From Eledone cirrhosa (lineage: Eukaryota), in the NCBI GenBank assembly GCA_964016885.1, contig OZ024740.1:68014001-68078000 (forward strand): a stretch of DNA of 64,000 nt, read 5' to 3'. The position numbers and the translations under genes were made by a program. Positions 39,064 through 52,078 of the stretch are shown in pieces (the stretch's first letter is position 1; each line of letters starts with the position of its first letter). The notes below the pieces were generated by a model. The model searched no databases, was not told where the DNA came from, and was given only the letters and a program-made list of their open reading frames with translations.

Positions 39064-39065
<2 letters not shown>
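38593..39065. mobile_element. Family-A PLE fold-back (non-coding)
   Basis: Arms about 38593-38789 and 38815-39011, tail 39012-39065, hammerhead motif in each arm near the centre, TA tracts on both sides. Confidence 0.88.
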
Positions 39066-39132
<67 letters not shown>

Positions 39133-39522
39133 CATGTATATATATATGTGTGTGTGTGTGTGTGTAAAGCGTAAAAGGCAAAGACTCGCTTCGGTCAAGA
39201 ATGACCATAGTTCTTCCATTTGCAATTTTCACGTACAGCGAGCAGCGAGCAATTCTTGTCTTCAACTTTTTCTCTGGACTGAGAAAGTGTCCTGATTATT
39301 TGAGAATTCTAGCGATACTCTACTCAGAATATCGTTATTTTCTCAATGAAACTGCAATAAGTACATTCTAGTAAGTAAGTAAAGATGTTTATGTTCTCTT
39401 GTTTGATTTTCCCATATATGATTTTATTAAGCTTTGAATGTGCTGATTTTTGTTAATTCTTTCATAAAGTAAATCTTAGTATCGGTTGGATACCTTTGTA
39501 TGTATCTATACATGTATATATA

Positions 39523-39557
<35 letters not shown>

Positions 39558-39559
<2 letters not shown>

Positions 39560-39815
39560 CGGCGATGAATTATATATTGCAGATGTGCAACGAAAGAACT
39601 TTGATAAACTATATATATGTGTTTGTATCTATATTGTATCTGTATTATTTTTGACCGTTGGTCAGTCAATGGCAACATTGATGACCGAATAAATTAGATT
39701 ACCGATATAAAAGACACGGAAGCGAAAAGCGAAAACCAACAAAACAGTGAATGTGTTCTGTTATTAATTCTGGCAATATTACACAAATATGACCCCCCCC
39801 CAAGTATAAAAATAT
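39558..39815 (+). mobile_element. Family-D PLE pseudo-LTR fragment
   Basis: Homologous to 45545-45795 and 46700-46922. Contains the 3' half of the hammerhead (GCAGATGTGCAAC-GAAAGAACTT). Confidence 0.75.
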
Positions 39816-39819
39816 ATAT

Positions 39820-40445
39820 GAATAAAGTTAGTCCTTCATCAGTGATCTTCCAACTATCATTGGTATTTCATCGCTTTAAAGACCATATACCTCCGGTTGG
39901 TGCGAGCAACGGCTAAAAAAAGTCGTTGGGACACGTAAATAAAGGGGCCACGAGTGTAAACAAACAAATATGGTGAAGCAACGAAAAGTGAGGAAGAAGG
40001 AGTCAAGTCCCAAATTTCTATGAATATAAATTCGGTGAAATCGTGAACGAGAGAGAATAAAACCATCAAACCCGGTTGGAATGTGAACAAGGAAGGAATT
40101 CCGTACAGGTCTAACTGGAGGAAGAAGGGATCTAGTCTGTGAATTCGGTGAACGTAAGTTCTGTGAAATCGTAGACGAGAGAGAGAAAAAGCGACCTGCC
40201 AGACCAAGGTTGCGAAAGAAAAGAATTACGCACAGGTCAAACGGGAAGAAGGAGGAAGAGGAGAGGTAGTAACAGAGAATGAGTGAGTGAAGTGTGAGGA
40301 AGAGTCTAACAGAGAGAGGGACTGCTAGAGAGGGTAAAGATACAGAGAAAGAGGAAGCAGTAAGAACGAAATAGACGGGTCACAGCAGGGTAAAAAATAT
40401 GTGTAAATATGAGAATAAACGTGCTGCGTGGTTGCTAATGGGTTA
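39820..40445 (-). mobile_element. Probable PLE 3' UTR fragment with truncated hammerhead
   Basis: Minus GATCA-CTGATGA-AGGAC at about 39829-39847. Homologous segment at 56300-56338. Confidence 0.45.
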
Positions 40446-40713
40446 TATATATAGGAGAGAGAGAGAGATAATTACAACCATTTAGCCCACAGCATTATAT
40501 ATCGTATATAACCTATTTAACTTCCAAAGAGAACCCGAATAATATGAAAATTAATGGGACCAAAACTGAGTTCTATAAATGATGGCGTACATATTCTCCA
40601 TAGTAAAAATGTGTACATTTATATACAAGTATACGCAGTTCGGTTGTTCATATGTATATATGCAGATATAACACCACTGCATTCTTCGGTTGATTAGCGA
40701 ACAACTATATATG

Positions 40714-40770
<57 letters not shown>

Positions 40771-40772
<2 letters not shown>

Positions 40773-41445
40773 CTTTTAAAAAATTGACTTTACCTACTAT
40801 AGTTACCTTTATCTTTGGTAAAGGTAACTATAGTAGATAAAGTCAATTTTTAAAAATTTATTTTGAAACTTTTTCATTATTTGCTAAACCTTGTTTATAT
40901 ATGTTCTTGCTCGTTAATTTATTAACCTGCCATTGAACCACATTGGCATTTAAAAAATTAACTTACTTACTAAAAATTTTAGTGAGTAAGTTAATTTTTT
41001 AACTCCTACCGACTAGCCTCAGTGTCACGTGATTGATTCTTTAGAATCTCCTATTTGACCAGAGACAGCGAGCTTTTCAGTGCATGGAATCCAGTCCCCG
41101 CTAGCTGTTCCATCTACCGAATTATTATTATTTTTATATGAGTCCCCAGTGTCCGCGCATTGCCTGGAGACTTAGCTGAGAATAGACTCCCTGATGACGC
41201 AATGATTCCTCGACGGTTATATTACGTAACTGTCTTTATCCCATTGCAGAAACTAATTAGTTGGAGTGAAAATTATAGTAAGTTAATTTTTTTTATTCTT
41301 TTTAAAATTTCCTTATTTTACGTCTTTCATATTATTGTTCTGCATCCTCCTGCATTGAACCACCTTGGTACTATGACATAACTTATGTATTTGCTAGCAT
41401 TAGCGTACATCTGTACGCATATGTTAGTAGATATACTAAATCCTC
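40771..41445. mobile_element. Family-C PLE terminal fragments with local hairpins
   Basis: Hairpin 40775-40855. 40820-40948 matches the reverse complement of 59197-59277 and 59635-59725. Complete hammerhead at 41186-41267. TA tracts on both sides. Confidence 0.7.
41186..41267 (+). ncRNA. Complete type I hammerhead with extended stem II
   Basis: ACTCC-CTGATGA-C-GCAATG...GACGGTTA-tattacg-TAACTGTC...CATTGC-A-GAAA-CTAATTAG-TT-GGAGT. Palindromic stem III ACTAATTAGT, GUU site at 41260-41262. Confidence 0.8.
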
Positions 41446-41478
<33 letters not shown>

Positions 41479-41960
41479 GTATGAACAAAAGTAGCGGGGC
41501 TGACTGTTTGTGGGTAACTATGTAATCAAATATCGGAGCGTATGTTTCATGAAACATCTAGCTGAACAACGTTGTGAAAAGAAAACCCACTGTGGTTTGG
41601 ACACGGAGCTCACCTGACTGAGAAACTAATGGAGCTGTTGTTCACTACATACTGCAACGAGAATCATCTGGTTTAACAACGGCGACAATTTGGACAGCCA
41701 GCTTACAATTATGCTGATGAAACATATGCTCATAGATTTATTTCGAAAGGTAGATAGATACATATAAAAATACACACATGCGTACATACATACTTATTCA
41801 CAAACACAGTGATATACTCACATAAATATAGACACGCATGCATGTGGAAAAAAATATTTGTAAGAGATTATATCCTAAAAAAAAATGTATGTTTGTTTTC
41901 ACATGCACAAACACACATCCCCAAATATACAAATATACTAACAAACATACACACACACAG

Positions 41961-42020
<60 letters not shown>

Positions 42021-42449
42021 CGTTTCTGAATTTGTTTAGCAAGATTCTTCATCTGAAAACGTGTGTTGAAACCGATATTGTTATACTTTGGGAGGGTCAT
42101 GTTGCCAATAAGAAACACACGCACCAGATGCTTTCACTTCAATTTATTATAGATTAAATTTATAAATTTCCGGTTGATTGGTTCCACAACCAGGCGAGTG
42201 TTCATATATTGTCAAAGTTATTTCGTCACACATTGTGTGACCTCTTCAGTGACTGAGTATTCTTTTCTTTGTTGTTGTGCCTCCCCTTTGTTCTATCCTA
42301 CGCCATCTTGTTTTTGTGTGTGTTGCGTGCTTAGTTTCCGCATGTGTTACATCCGGGTGTTTGTGTGCGTTTATATTTATTTATTTAAATGATACTGGTT
42401 GGTTGTTTGTTCTATGTGTGTGTGTGTTTTCATTTTTATCCTTAATAGT

Positions 42450-43605
42450 AAGTCGTGATGTTGCTATTCCATTCATATTTTCTATTTAATTTTGGTTGGA
42501 GTTAATTTATGTTTATTGCCGCTGTGATTTGTCTAAACATTGCGTCTTTTCTGTGTGTAGATTCTATTTTTATTTCTATGTTCTTTAATTTACACTTATG
42601 TTCTATTTTAGCATGTTGGTAGAGTACATATGATTATTTACTATCTTGAAGTTCTCGCCAGTGTTTCTTTTATCCGTTCTCCTATACTACGAGCTGTCTC
42701 ACACTATATTATTATCTCTACATTTTCCTTCAGTACATCTTATGCTATATACTTTTTTCTAGTTTTACAGTTAATATGGGGGCTTAGTTTACAGATTATA
42801 CATTTCTTATCTATACAGGGAGGTCTTTGAAAGGGTATGTATTGCTAATAAGTGTTTTTTATGGAGGTACTTGGTCTTTCGACTATCTTAATATTGAGTT
42901 TATGTTTATCTTGGGCCCTTCTGAATTTGTAAGCTAATTCACCTCTACGGGTTGTATTGATGAACATTACACTCTAGTATTTATTGCTATCATACCATGA
43001 GTTTATTCTATTAACCTTATTCCTAGTTCTTTCTATTCTATTCCAAAATTTGCTCTTGTATAAGGGGCAGGTCCCATTTGTATCATTATTTACCATTTTT
43101 TCCCATTTGGTTCTGGCTCCTCTATATACTCTGATCTTATCTCTCTGATTGTAACCAGATAACTGCATACAATAGATGAAGTGTTGTATGTGTCTCTCTA
43201 GTTCTTTGGGGTTGCACATGCGAGACACGTTTCTCATCACCCGTACCAAATCCACAATCAGTATGTTGATTTGGGTGTGGTCCGAAACAGCTGAGTTTCG
43301 GTGGATCAGATATTTGGAAGTCATGGGTTTGACATAATGGAAATGGAGGATCTGTTTTTTGTTATTTATAGTATCTAACCAGAGCTCTGTGTCTAGTACA
43401 GGTAATCGATGGTTGGGGTGTTTGCTTGGGTAGTCTATAGTAACTCTAATACTCTGGTGGATGGAGTTAGCTATTTCCATGGTGTTTTTCTCTAATTCCT
43501 GACTGTTCGCTAGTGGTGGTGTTTTTACTACGATGTTTATATCATCAACGTAGCGGGAATACATTATCAGGTTTAAGAGGTTGTTGTCTTCTAATAGTTT
43601 TAAGA
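42450..43605 (-). pseudogene. PLE RT/thumb + CxxxxCxxC finger + decayed GIY-YIG
   Basis: YSRYVDDINIVV...RLPVLDTELW...HYVKPMTS. After stops and frameshifts: SVMFINTTRRGEL...IKIVERP, CIDKKCIICK...NCKTR, VYSIRC, ETARSIGERIKE, RQITAAINI..LNRKYEW. Confidence 0.88.
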
Positions 43606-43616
43606 AAAAAATCTCA

Positions 43617-43659
43617 GTCACTGAAGAGGTCACAGAATGTGTGACGAAAGAACTTTGAC
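43617..43659 (+). ncRNA. Minimal hammerhead of family A (homologs about 42211-42253 and 38748-38790 minus, 38814-38855 plus)
   Basis: GTCA-CTGAAGA-G-GTCACA-gaatg-TGTGAC-GAAAG-AA-CTT-TGAC. 4-bp stem I, 2-bp stem III, CUU site. Confidence 0.7.
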
Positions 43660-43804
43660 AATATATGAACAATCGTCTGGTTGTGGAACCAATGAACCAA
43701 CCGGAAATTTATGAATTCGTAAATTTTTTAAATTTAATTTATAATAAATTGTGAAAGCTTGTGGTGCGTGTGTTTCTTATTGGCAACATGACATCCCAAA
43801 GTAT

Positions 43805-43880
<76 letters not shown>

Positions 43881-43991
43881 TTATATACGCAAACATATTT
43901 AATTTTTTTTCCATGTACGTTGCGTGATTATGGATGTGCCTATGCTTTCGTGTGTGCTTGCGCACGTACATATGTATACATGCGTGTGTAC

Positions 43992-44047
<56 letters not shown>

Positions 44048-44049
44048 GC

Positions 44050-44203
<154 letters not shown>

Positions 44204-44482
44204 ATGTGTGTATGTGTGTGTGCACGCTTGCATATGTATATTTCTTAAATACTACGTGCGGTAGCATGCGTTGACTTACTGTTAGTGTGTATTAGGGTCT
44301 GGTAATAATATTATATTTGCAATGAAGCAGTAAGTTGTTCCCCGTAAGATCGTCAATTTCGGTTGTACATGTCGTTTACAAACATGTTCCTTCACACTTA
44401 AATAAAATAAAATAAACTATAAACCGAACTATAATGTAAAAATAACATTCTAAAATCATGAATACAAGTAAAAGGGAATATA

Positions 44483-44521
<39 letters not shown>

Positions 44522-44537
44522 TATGTATGTATAAATA

Positions 44538-45205
44538 TGGTTTTAGGAAGCCCTAGCTATGCAAACACAGGGGCGCTAACGCCCTTTGGTGACGTCCAGC
44601 AGAAGCAAAGGGGACAACCGTCTATGTATTTCAGGCTTAACTGGCCTTTGTCAGGACGGTCCCTCCCACCGCATACTACTGCTGGACTAGAATACAGGCG
44701 AGAATATATACTTTTCTCGTCTGTGTAAATGAGGTGATTAATCTCATTTGCATATGAAGCTGCATAAGTTGGCTCAACTTATAATAAAAAAGAAATAGGA
44801 TTTCGCTTCAAGCATAGCTTTATACAATATGTATAATTATTTCGTATCTCCAAAGAAATGCGGTTTTAGGAAGTCGTAGCTATGAAAACACCGGGTTGCT
44901 AACGCCCTCTGGTGATGTCCAGCAAAAGCAAACTTATGCAGCTTCATATGCAAATGAGATTAATCAGCTCATGTACACAGACGAGAAAAGTATATATTCT
45001 CGCCTGTCTTCTAGTCCTGCAGTCGCAAGGCTAGTTAAGCCTGAAATGCATAGACTGTTGTCCCCCTTGCTTCCGCTGGACATCACCAGAGGGCGTTAGG
45101 CCTCCGGTATTTGCATAGCTACGGCTTCCTAAAACCATATATCTTTGGAGATACGAAATATTTTTACATATTTTATAAAGCTATAGTTGAACCGAAATCC
45201 TAATT
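44538..45205. repeat. Nested direct + inverted repeat (A-B-partial A-revA-revB)
   Basis: A 44538-44770, B about 44795-44858, partial A 44862-44930, reverse A 44931-45138, reverse B about 45143-45205. Confidence 0.85.
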
Positions 45206-45459
45206 TTATTTACTTCTTTATACTTCACTTAGGTCACTGACCTAAGAGAAGTATAAATAAGTAAATAAAATTAAATAAAATAAGATAAATAAATACATAC
45301 ACAAGCACAATAACAACAAGCACATAAACACACACTAGTCACCCAGCAGACACAACACTATACACACTAGTCACACATCACACATAACACTATACACACA
45401 CGCAAACGCATGCGCAAAGAAGACAAAATAAAATAAGATAAACAAACAAGCAAATAAAT

Positions 45460-45795
45460 AAATAAATATATAGACAGACTGAATAAAAAATGGCCTAGAC
45501 ATACAACACAACAGGAGGAACAATGAATATAACACCACTGACGATGTTGCAGATGTGCAACGAAAGATTTATGTAAATTATGTAAACTATATATATATAT
45601 ATGTGTTTGTGTCTATGTTGTATCTGTATTATTTTTGACCGCCGGTCAGTCAATGGCAACATTGAGGACCGAGTAAGTTAGATCGCAGATATAATAAAAG
45701 ACAGCGAGAAGCGAAAACCAACCAAACAGTGAGTGTGTTCTGTTATTAATTCTGGCAATATTACGCAAATATGACCCTCCCCAAGTATAACAATA
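45460..45795 (+). mobile_element. Family-D PLE pseudo-LTR with hammerhead motif
   Basis: CTGACGA-T-GTTGCA-gatg-TGCAAC-GAAAG at about 45538-45566. Ends atgaccctccccaagtataacaat(at)n. Confidence 0.75.
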
Positions 45796-45829
45796 TATAT
45801 ATATATATATAAATATATATATATATGTA

Positions 45830-45863
<34 letters not shown>

Positions 45864-46474
45864 CAGTGGTACCTTGACTTACGAGTTTAATTCGTTGCGT
45901 GACGGAGCTCGTATCTCAACTTACTCGTATGTCGAAATACCTGGGGTCTGCTGCAGCAAATCATCGTAAATAGCTCGTGCTTTTACGCAGATTATAGCCT
46001 CCGTCATGGTATCTACTGCGAGCTCAACCACACTATCAGCAGCTTCTCCATATTTTCATGGAGAGATGTCCGCTGTTTAAAAATTATTTTATCTCTCTTG
46101 GCTGTTGTTATAGCCTTTATCGACTCCTTCCCCTTCAGTATGGTGCAGGCCGTAAACGTGGTACACTCGTACTGCTTCGCCAAGTCGACTACACGCATAG
46201 TATGGTCGTTTTTCTATAAGTTCTTTCTTTAATTCAATGCACATCATTCGTTTCTTCTTCTCAACACTGTCCTTCGCACTGATTTTCTTCGGACCTATGG
46301 GATGCTGGACGGATATTACGACGTTTACTTTGGCGGTCTCCCCCCAACTAGCGGAGGGATATCTGAAGCTGGCTCGTAACCCTAATTTTAGCTCGCAACT
46401 CAAAGTAAAAAATCGGCCGAGATACGGCTCGATCTCGAAAAACTGGTTAGTTGGGACACTCGTAAGTCAAGGAA

Positions 46475-46477
<3 letters not shown>
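45864..46477 (-). mobile_element. Internally deleted Tigger/pogo (Tc1-mariner superfamily) DNA transposon
   Basis: Left TIR CAGTGGTACCTTGACTTACGAGT after TA. Right TIR ACTCGTAAGTCAAGGAACCA, lacking the last bases. Minus-strand remnant GPKKISAKDSVEKKKRMMCIELKKELIEK / MRVVDLAKQYE..TACTILKGKESIK...MEKLLIVWL is a CENP-B-type HTH of a TIGD1-like transposase. No DDD domain. Confidence 0.88.
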
Positions 46478-46537
<60 letters not shown>

Positions 46538-46598
46538 TGGTACCTTGACTTACGAGTGTCCTAACTAACGAGTTTTTATATATTTTATATGTATATAT

Positions 46599-47044
<446 letters not shown>

Positions 47045-47060
47045 ATATATATGTATATTT

Positions 47061-47447
47061 ATTGTTATACTTTGGGAGGGTCATGTTGCCAATAAGAAAC
47101 ACACGCACCAGTTGCTTTCACTTCAATTTATTATAATAAATTTATAATAAATTTATAAATTTATAAATTTCTGGTTGGTTGGTTGGTTCCACAACCAGAT
47201 AGTTGTTTATACATATGTATAAACATATGTATACATATGTATAAACAACTATCTGGTTGTGGAACCAACCAACCAACCAGAAATTTATAAACTTATAAAT
47301 TTATTATAAATTTATTATAATAAATTGAAGTGAAAGCAACTGGTGCGTGTGTTTCTTATTGGCAACATGACCCTCCCAATGTATAACAATATCGGTTTTA
47401 ACACACGATTTCAGATAGAGAATCTTGCTAAACAAATTCAGAAACGA
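47061..47447. mobile_element. Family-A near-perfect palindrome (about 330 bp) with tail
   Basis: Arms 47061-47220 and 47227-47390, tail about 47393-47447. Truncated before the hammerhead. TA tracts on both sides. Confidence 0.9.
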
Positions 47448-48134
47448 AATATATATATATATATATATATAATTGGATATTTAGTAAAATCGAATCTCTC
47501 TCGGTTTGCAAGCAAATTGGGCCCACTTATATGAAATGATGAGTTAGCAAAGCACTGGATATGGTAGGTCCTTAGAGTAATAACATACGTTTAAATAGCT
47601 TGACAAATGGAACATTGTGGTAGGCAAAATGTAACACACAATACTATACCAAAGTAACGATAGAAATAACAGGTTGAGAAAAATACACCTGGACAAATCA
47701 AACGAAATCAAATGTCAGACTTACGTGAGTGGCAAGCTCGTGGTATTCATGATCGAACAGAGGATTCAGTTCTTCAACAGGTTATCGTTCAACCAAGGAC
47801 TGGGTGATAGGCTAAATGTTGCCGCTATGTTGCAGCGTATCGTATCTATAGCTGTCACGTGTTAATTCCAGCAAGGGAAATAACCCCCGGTTTTTGGTGG
47901 GTCATTCAAAATGTTAGACAAAGGAAATATTTTAATTTCCGCTAATCATCAGAATAAGCTCTCGACCAGATGTTTTAAAACAAACACAAATAATTAACCA
48001 ATCAACATATTTGTCTAATTAAATTAATTAGTTAATTATTAAATCTAGTAGAATAATATAATTGGATATTTAGTAAAATCGAATCTCTGTATATACATAC
48101 GTCTTCAGGTATGTATATACATATATATAAGTGA

Positions 48135-48252
48135 AGACGTGTGGCTGAATGTTTAGAGAATTGGATTCACAATTTTGAGGTTGTCAGTTCGATTCCTTAA
48201 CCGGGCGATGCGTTATGTCCTTGAGCAAGACATGTTATTTCACATTGCTCCT
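48135..48252 (+). mobile_element. 5' part of a second tRNA-derived SINE family
   Basis: A-box-like gtggctgaatg, B-box-like agttcgattcc, then gtccttgagcaagaca...tatttcac.ttgctcc. Related degenerate minus copy at about 52850-53112. Confidence 0.65.
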
Positions 48253-48342
48253 TCTACCTGGAGTTGCGACCGATAGATAGTACTAGCAACTGGAAAGAGC
48301 GGCGAAAACATTGTTTCCTCGGTCCTATTTGACGAAAGTCGA

Positions 48343-48397
<55 letters not shown>

Positions 48398-48484
48398 AGT
48401 ATATATATAAAATATGTGTATATCATATATACATATATGATATATATATGTAAATGTGATATATATATATATATATATATATAT

Positions 48485-49678
48485 GCTACCGGAGGTCTAT
48501 ATAGAGATGACATGCTTTTACTTATTGAAAATAATAACTCTGAACTAAATAGAAAAAGAAAACAAATTACACAATTTTTTAATTACTTTAATCTAAAAAT
48601 AGAAATTGAGAATAACCATAGAATAGTCAATTTCCTAGATGTAACATTAAATCTGAACACATGTCTTCACTATCCATTTCACAAGTTGAATGAAAACTTA
48701 AACTATGTCAGCTTTAACTCTAACCACCCCAGATCTGTTAAAAATACTATAGTAAACTCTGTTCAAAAACGTATCTCTAGAATCTCATCTAATAAAAAGA
48801 TTTTCGACGAAAAAGCCCAATATTACAATGAAGCGTTAGCTAGAGCTGGATATAGTGATAAAATTATGTACATAGATAATAATAGACAAACTAAACAAAA
48901 TAACAACTATTTTAATTACGGCCACAACTTTAACAACTATAATAGAAAGCATTACAATAATTCCAAAAGCCAAAAAAGAAATAGAACTAGGAATATAATA
49001 TGGTGTGCCCCCCCCCCACCCCCTTTCTCACTAAACATTAAAACCCACATCGCTAAACTATTTTTTAAAGCTCTGGATAATCGCTTCCCTAGAACACATA
49101 GGTATCACTCAATTTTCAATAGACATACTATGAAATTAACCTACTCATCCACCAAAAATTTAGCGCAAAATATTAATAGAATAAATAATAGGAACTTAAA
49201 ACCTTGCCAAAATACCGATAATAGCATAAATAATATCCAAGTTAACAAATGTAACTGTAGAGATAGATCTAAATGTCCGTTAAATAACAATTGCTTAGTT
49301 AAAAATATAATATACAACTGTAATGTTAAAACGGACTTTAATTCTTTTAACTACGTTGGTTCCACATCGACGGAATTTAAACTTCGCTATAATAACCACA
49401 AGAATTCTTTCACAGATCCAAGCAAAAAATCTTCAACAGCACTATCAGGCGCACTCTGGCAACTTAGGCATGATAACGTTAGATATTCGACGGCTTGGAA
49501 TATAGTCTCAAGAGGGATTCCTTTTAATTCATCCTCTGAGACATGTGACCTCTGCGCGGAGGAGATATTCTTTATACTAAAATCTAAAAATTCCCTTAAT
49601 TTACGGACAAATTTATTCAGTTGCTGCAGACATAGATTGAACTCAACTTTTAAATATAAATTTAAATTTAAAATGTAG
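48485..49678 (+). pseudogene. PLE RT C-terminus + linker + GIY-YIG, frame open but 5'-truncated
   Basis: GGLYRDDMLLLI (RT catalytic motif), VNFLDVTLNL, SNHP, RTRNIIW, CNCRDRSKCPLNNNC, IIY..YVG, R, CDLCAEE, LN, SCCRHR. The ORF-track N-terminus (48311-48484) is microsatellite. Confidence 0.93.
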
Positions 49679-51051
49679 TATATTTAGTTTGATTTGTAAT
49701 TATTTATGAAACTCGCCGATAAATCTTTCGATTTCTTCTTTTTTTTTTTTATTTTTTTTTTATTTTAAACATTCTTCATGAATAATTAAACTACCCTAAA
49801 AGCTGATGCTCCAAATATATCGAATACATTTTTACACTAGATAAACTTCTATATTAAATGTAAGAACATCTGTAGACCTAATGGGTATCCTAAACTTTTG
49901 GATTGTTTTCTGCTAGACAGGATTTGGTAAATAATTTTTGGTTTTGTTTGCTCTTGATTCTGATGCTTATAATGAACTTGACAATATATTGTCAATTAAC
50001 TTTGAAGGGTTGATCTCTGTGGTGGATTTGCGGGGCATACTATGTTTTATTGTTAATATTTTTAATATTTTTAATATTTTTAATATTTTTATTTTTAATA
50101 TTTTTGTTTTCTGTTTATTTATTTTTTGTTTCTGATATTTTTATTAATATATTGATATCTGTTCTCTATGTCTGCTTGAACGATAATCATGTAGAGTAAA
50201 GACAAGAATAGTATTGTTAAAATTAATATAGACTCTATATATATATGTGTATGTACACATATATGTATACTAGAATTTTTATAGTACAATGAGAATGTTT
50301 TCGTGTGAAATATGAATTTGCAGAGCTGATCACGTAAATTCACATGGATGTTTATAGTATTGAATCTGGCGATAACCTTCTATTTTATCGCAACTCTGAT
50401 ATAAACCCATGAATTTTTAAACTAGACATATGATCATTATTTTTCACACATTATAGATACGTGTCTCATTCATGAATATTGTTATTTACATTATAATGCC
50501 TGTTTTATACGAACTAATATTTCTACATTGATAAAACATAGTGTTTTAAATCTGCCTCGTCTATGTCTGGCTATTTTTCTTTTCTCTCTATGTAACGGCT
50601 GTTTTTCTCTCCTAACAACATATATCTCTCTCTACATTAATACTAGAGCTAAATAAATAAATAAATAAATAAATGTATCATTGATACGTCATTCAACTGG
50701 TCCTCAACTACCTAGTTTTCTTTCTCTCTATCTCTACCTATATCTATCTCTCTATATTTTCTCTCTCTCTCTCTCTTCTCTCTATCTCTCTCTATCTATC
50801 TCCCTCTATCTTTTCCTCTCTCTGTTTCTTTACATGAATTTCTTCTCTCTATCTATCTTTCTATCTCTCTCTATTTAGTTGCATGCATTTCTTCTTTTAC
50901 TTCGTTTTTTCTTTCTTTCTTTCTTTCTTTTTCTTTTTTTTTTTTTTTTACAACTGTCCATAATATTTTTACTACCAAATCAACTTTTCAAATGCAAGTC
51001 GAAGTTGAAAAGGTATGTCGAATCTATCTATTTATAAGACTGTTTATATTG

Positions 51052-51117
51052 TATTTTGTCTGAAGAAGGCATAACATATTTTTAATATGATATCCCTGAA
51101 ATATATATAATGAAATA
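51052..51117 (+). ncRNA. Type I hammerhead in PLE 3' region
   Basis: TATTTTGT-CTGAAGA-AGG...CATATT-ttt-AATATG...CCT-GAAA-TATATA-TA-ATGAAATA. Palindromic (AT) stem III, AUA site. Confidence 0.65.
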
Positions 51118-51246
51118 AATATGGTTTTATAAATATTATTTCCATTTATTTAATATCGTAAATATACTCCAAATACTTGTTGAGTGCTTTTATATCAGTT
51201 ATAAATATTTACTCGTTGTAACCCAACAATTTAAATATAACTTTCC

Positions 51247-51277
<31 letters not shown>

Positions 51278-51529
51278 TTATCATTTATATATATATATAT
51301 ATATATATTTAAAGGTTAAACAAGGTTCAATGAATAAATGACTACCATGACTGAATCTTAACCATATACTAAGTCAGAGTATGTCATGCATCATCTTATT
51401 TTATCTGATGAGGACGTACTGTTGAAGATAGCTAAATACCTCTGAAATATGTATAGTAAAATATACTTGATCACACGAATCTCTATTTATGTTAATATTT
51501 TGAATTAATATATATATATATATATATAT

Positions 51530-51583
<54 letters not shown>

Positions 51584-52078
51584 AGAGAGAGAGAGAGAGG
51601 GGGGGTCTACAGCGCTGAAACCGACGAGATCACTAATAATGTGAGTTCGATACATGGGCAGATGTAGATTTGGTATAGACATTTGTAAAATCTCGACCGC
51701 GGTGCCAAGCGGTTTCTGCTTGTGTATTCAGCAATCCCTCTCCCCTCCTCTCTCTGTGCATATATATATATATCGCCTCTTGTACTGCAACCGGGTAGCC
51801 CACACATCCTGGGAGTACTCAATGCATGGAGACATCCATGAACATTGCCAAATATCTGCCTATAACATAAATGAATTGAAACAACAGTAATCATTTTTAT
51901 TCCTTCTTAATGTGTTTTTGTTTTTCTGTTCAGTTTCTTGATAACAGGTATCGTCGAAATATATATAACAGCAATTATGAATAAATGAAGTATATTTTAA
52001 CCTGTTGACTTGCAGTCCATAATTAAAATCTATATATTTTCGCCTGTCTCATATGTCAGCAATATGCAGAGGGAAGCA

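Larger units (their letters stand above)
42021..43811 (-). mobile_element. Family-A PLE, 5'-truncated (RT C-terminus + zinc finger + GIY-YIG), with inverted pseudo-LTR
   Basis: Arms 42075-42257 and 43613-43811, tail 42021-42074, coding remnant about 42450-43605, TA tracts on both sides. Confidence 0.9.
48485..51248 (+). mobile_element. 5'-truncated Naiad-like PLE with long 3' UTR
   Basis: Starts at a TA tract. ORF runs to 49678, hammerhead at 51052-51117, ends at a TA tract. The 3' boundary is inferred. Confidence 0.85.

Noticed and set aside
38593-39065. Interpretation of the hairpins as MITEs or miRNA precursors
   Set aside because: The arms match the pseudo-LTR of the RT/EN-bearing element at 42021-43811, are asymmetric, and contain hammerheads.
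48311-48484. N-terminal extension of the 455-aa ORF
   Set aside because: Chance read-through of microsatellite. PLE homology starts at about 48485.
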